From Rhynchobatus australiae (lineage: Eukaryota), in NCBI GenBank assembly GCA_034780895.1, contig JAUZTB010000068.1, forward strand, positions 16,492,842-16,556,841: 64,000 bases of DNA, read 5' to 3'. Both the position numbers and the translations under genes were made by a program. The notes beneath the pieces are model-generated. The model saw only the letters and a list, made by a program, of their open reading frames with translations. It was not told where the DNA came from and searched no databases. Below, in pieces: positions 62,670 to 64,000 of this stretch (its first letter is position 1; every line of letters begins with the position of its first letter).

Positions 62670-63400
62670 AACATGGGAACACAAGAAATAGAAGCAGAAG
62701 TAGGTCACTTTGCCCCTTGACTCTGGTCCATCATTCATCAAGTTCTTGGCTAATCTATCTTACTGTCATTTTCTTGTATTATTCCTATTTTGCTCAATTC
62801 CCTTAACGTCCAGAAACCTATTGATTTCCACTTTGAATAAGCTCAAAATAGAATCTCCGCAGCCCTCTGGGGTAAAGAATTCCAAAGGTTCACCATCCTC
62901 TCTCCGAATCCCCAAATCACCACCCTCTCACCTGATGGAGTCTGCTCAGAGAATACAAGCCTAATTGACTCAATCTATCCTCATAGAGCAAAGCTGCCCC
63001 ATGGAACCAGACTTGTGAATCTTTGCCGCACTCCCTCTATTGAAAGTATACATTTTTAGATAAGGAGACTAAAATGCATACCGTCTTCTAGCTACTGTCA
63101 TACTGGTCCCTATATAGTTATATCTATTGATATCTTTACTCCTGTACTCAAATCCTTTGATTGCTTCAGTGAGTTGTGTACAAGGAAATCTAATCCCTTT
63201 ATGAAACAACCTTGCCCATTTTCTCACTGTTCAAAAAAAAGGCTTTACTTTTCTGTTTTGTGCATCAAAGTAGATAACTTTCTATTTTTCTATATTATAT
63301 TCCACTTGCCACACTCTTACCCATTTGCTCAGCATATATGCATCCCCTTGAAGCCTCTTTATATCCTTGTCCCTACTCCAATATCCCACCTGATACTACA
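62670..63400 (-). mobile_element. Degenerate CR1-type LINE 3' region
   Basis: Same antisense phrases as 3690-4830 (ctctggggtaaagaattccaaaggttcaccatcctct). Confidence 0.6.
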
Positions 63401-63505
63401 TCAACTCATTTCTTGTATTTGAAACTCAAAAGGAAAAAATGGGGAAAAGTTGAAGGATTTTATAACCATACAAATCCAGAGAATCCTAATCTGAATATAA
63501 CCCAC

Positions 63506-63616
63506 CTGGACTATTTTTTTCTAGAAGATACCACCTATAAAATGCTCTCTTCTTGGGCTCACTCATATCAAGACCCTGCTGCAACAGCCATTGAGATATA
63601 TAGCTTTGGCTAATAC
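63506..63616 (-). CDS. HMBOX1-like exon (atypical POU-specific/HNF domain), (G)ISQSYISQWLLQQGLDMSEPKKRAFYRWYLLEKNSP(G)
   Basis: Minus-strand atgcag acceptor, gtgggt donor, 111 nt, phase 1 to 1. GISQS...WLLQQG...KKRAFYRWY motif of the HMBOX1/HNF1 class. Upstream exons lie beyond the window. Confidence 0.93.
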
Positions 63617-64000
63617 CTGCATTTAAAAAAACAGCAATTATTAGAGATTTCAAAATAAACACTTAACATTTCCATTTCTTTAAGAGAGAAAGTACATTTG
63701 TACAGGGGAAGCAAGAAAGAAAGTTAGTTTTAGCCTTTGGAAAACATTTTTTCAGCACAAATTCTGTTTCATCAGTCAATAACTCACTCATTTTCCCAAT
63801 TATTCAAAGCTTAGGGTTCAAAAGCTTGGATTAGTGTTGAAAATTTATCACACAATTACTTTCTTGAAGTTGCTGCCCAGACTTTTTAAACTTGTAACCA
63901 ATATCTACTGCAATTATTTTGCTGCATTTTTTAAACCCCAGATTGCTAATCATTCTAGGAATCCCCAAATCTATGAATTCAGTACAGTAAACAAGAAAAT

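Overview
This is AT-rich, CpG-depleted vertebrate genomic DNA from a gapped scaffold. The repeat content (CR1-type LINE tails, tRNA/V-type SINEs, a Deu-domain SINE, Penelope-like remnants) suggests a cartilaginous fish, which is an inference. Three spliced genes can be read directly with GT-AG, phase-consistent exons. (1) The 3' half of a cytoplasmic poly(A)-binding protein gene (PABPC4-like, + strand, 458-9760, plus a non-coding last exon from about 10861). (2) A complete 10-exon PPIE/cyclophilin E gene (+ strand, 18269-35616, 302 aa). (3) The 3' six coding exons of an HMBOX1-like HNF-class homeobox gene (- strand, 63616-48524), convergent with PPIE. The most notable items are a young, CpG-rich LINE 5' end with an intact 248-aa ORF1, which is 3'-truncated and sits antisense in the PABPC4 3' UTR; a candidate stop-containing poison exon in PABPC4; the divergent HMBOX1-like gene, probably a paralog rather than HMBOX1 itself, with a possible very long Pumilio/miRNA-site-rich 3' UTR; and a ~210-bp palindrome in PPIE intron 6. 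Most ORFs in the supplied track are spurious (repeat-derived or spanning N gaps). Repeat boundaries are approximate, and family names come from remembered motifs, not database searches.
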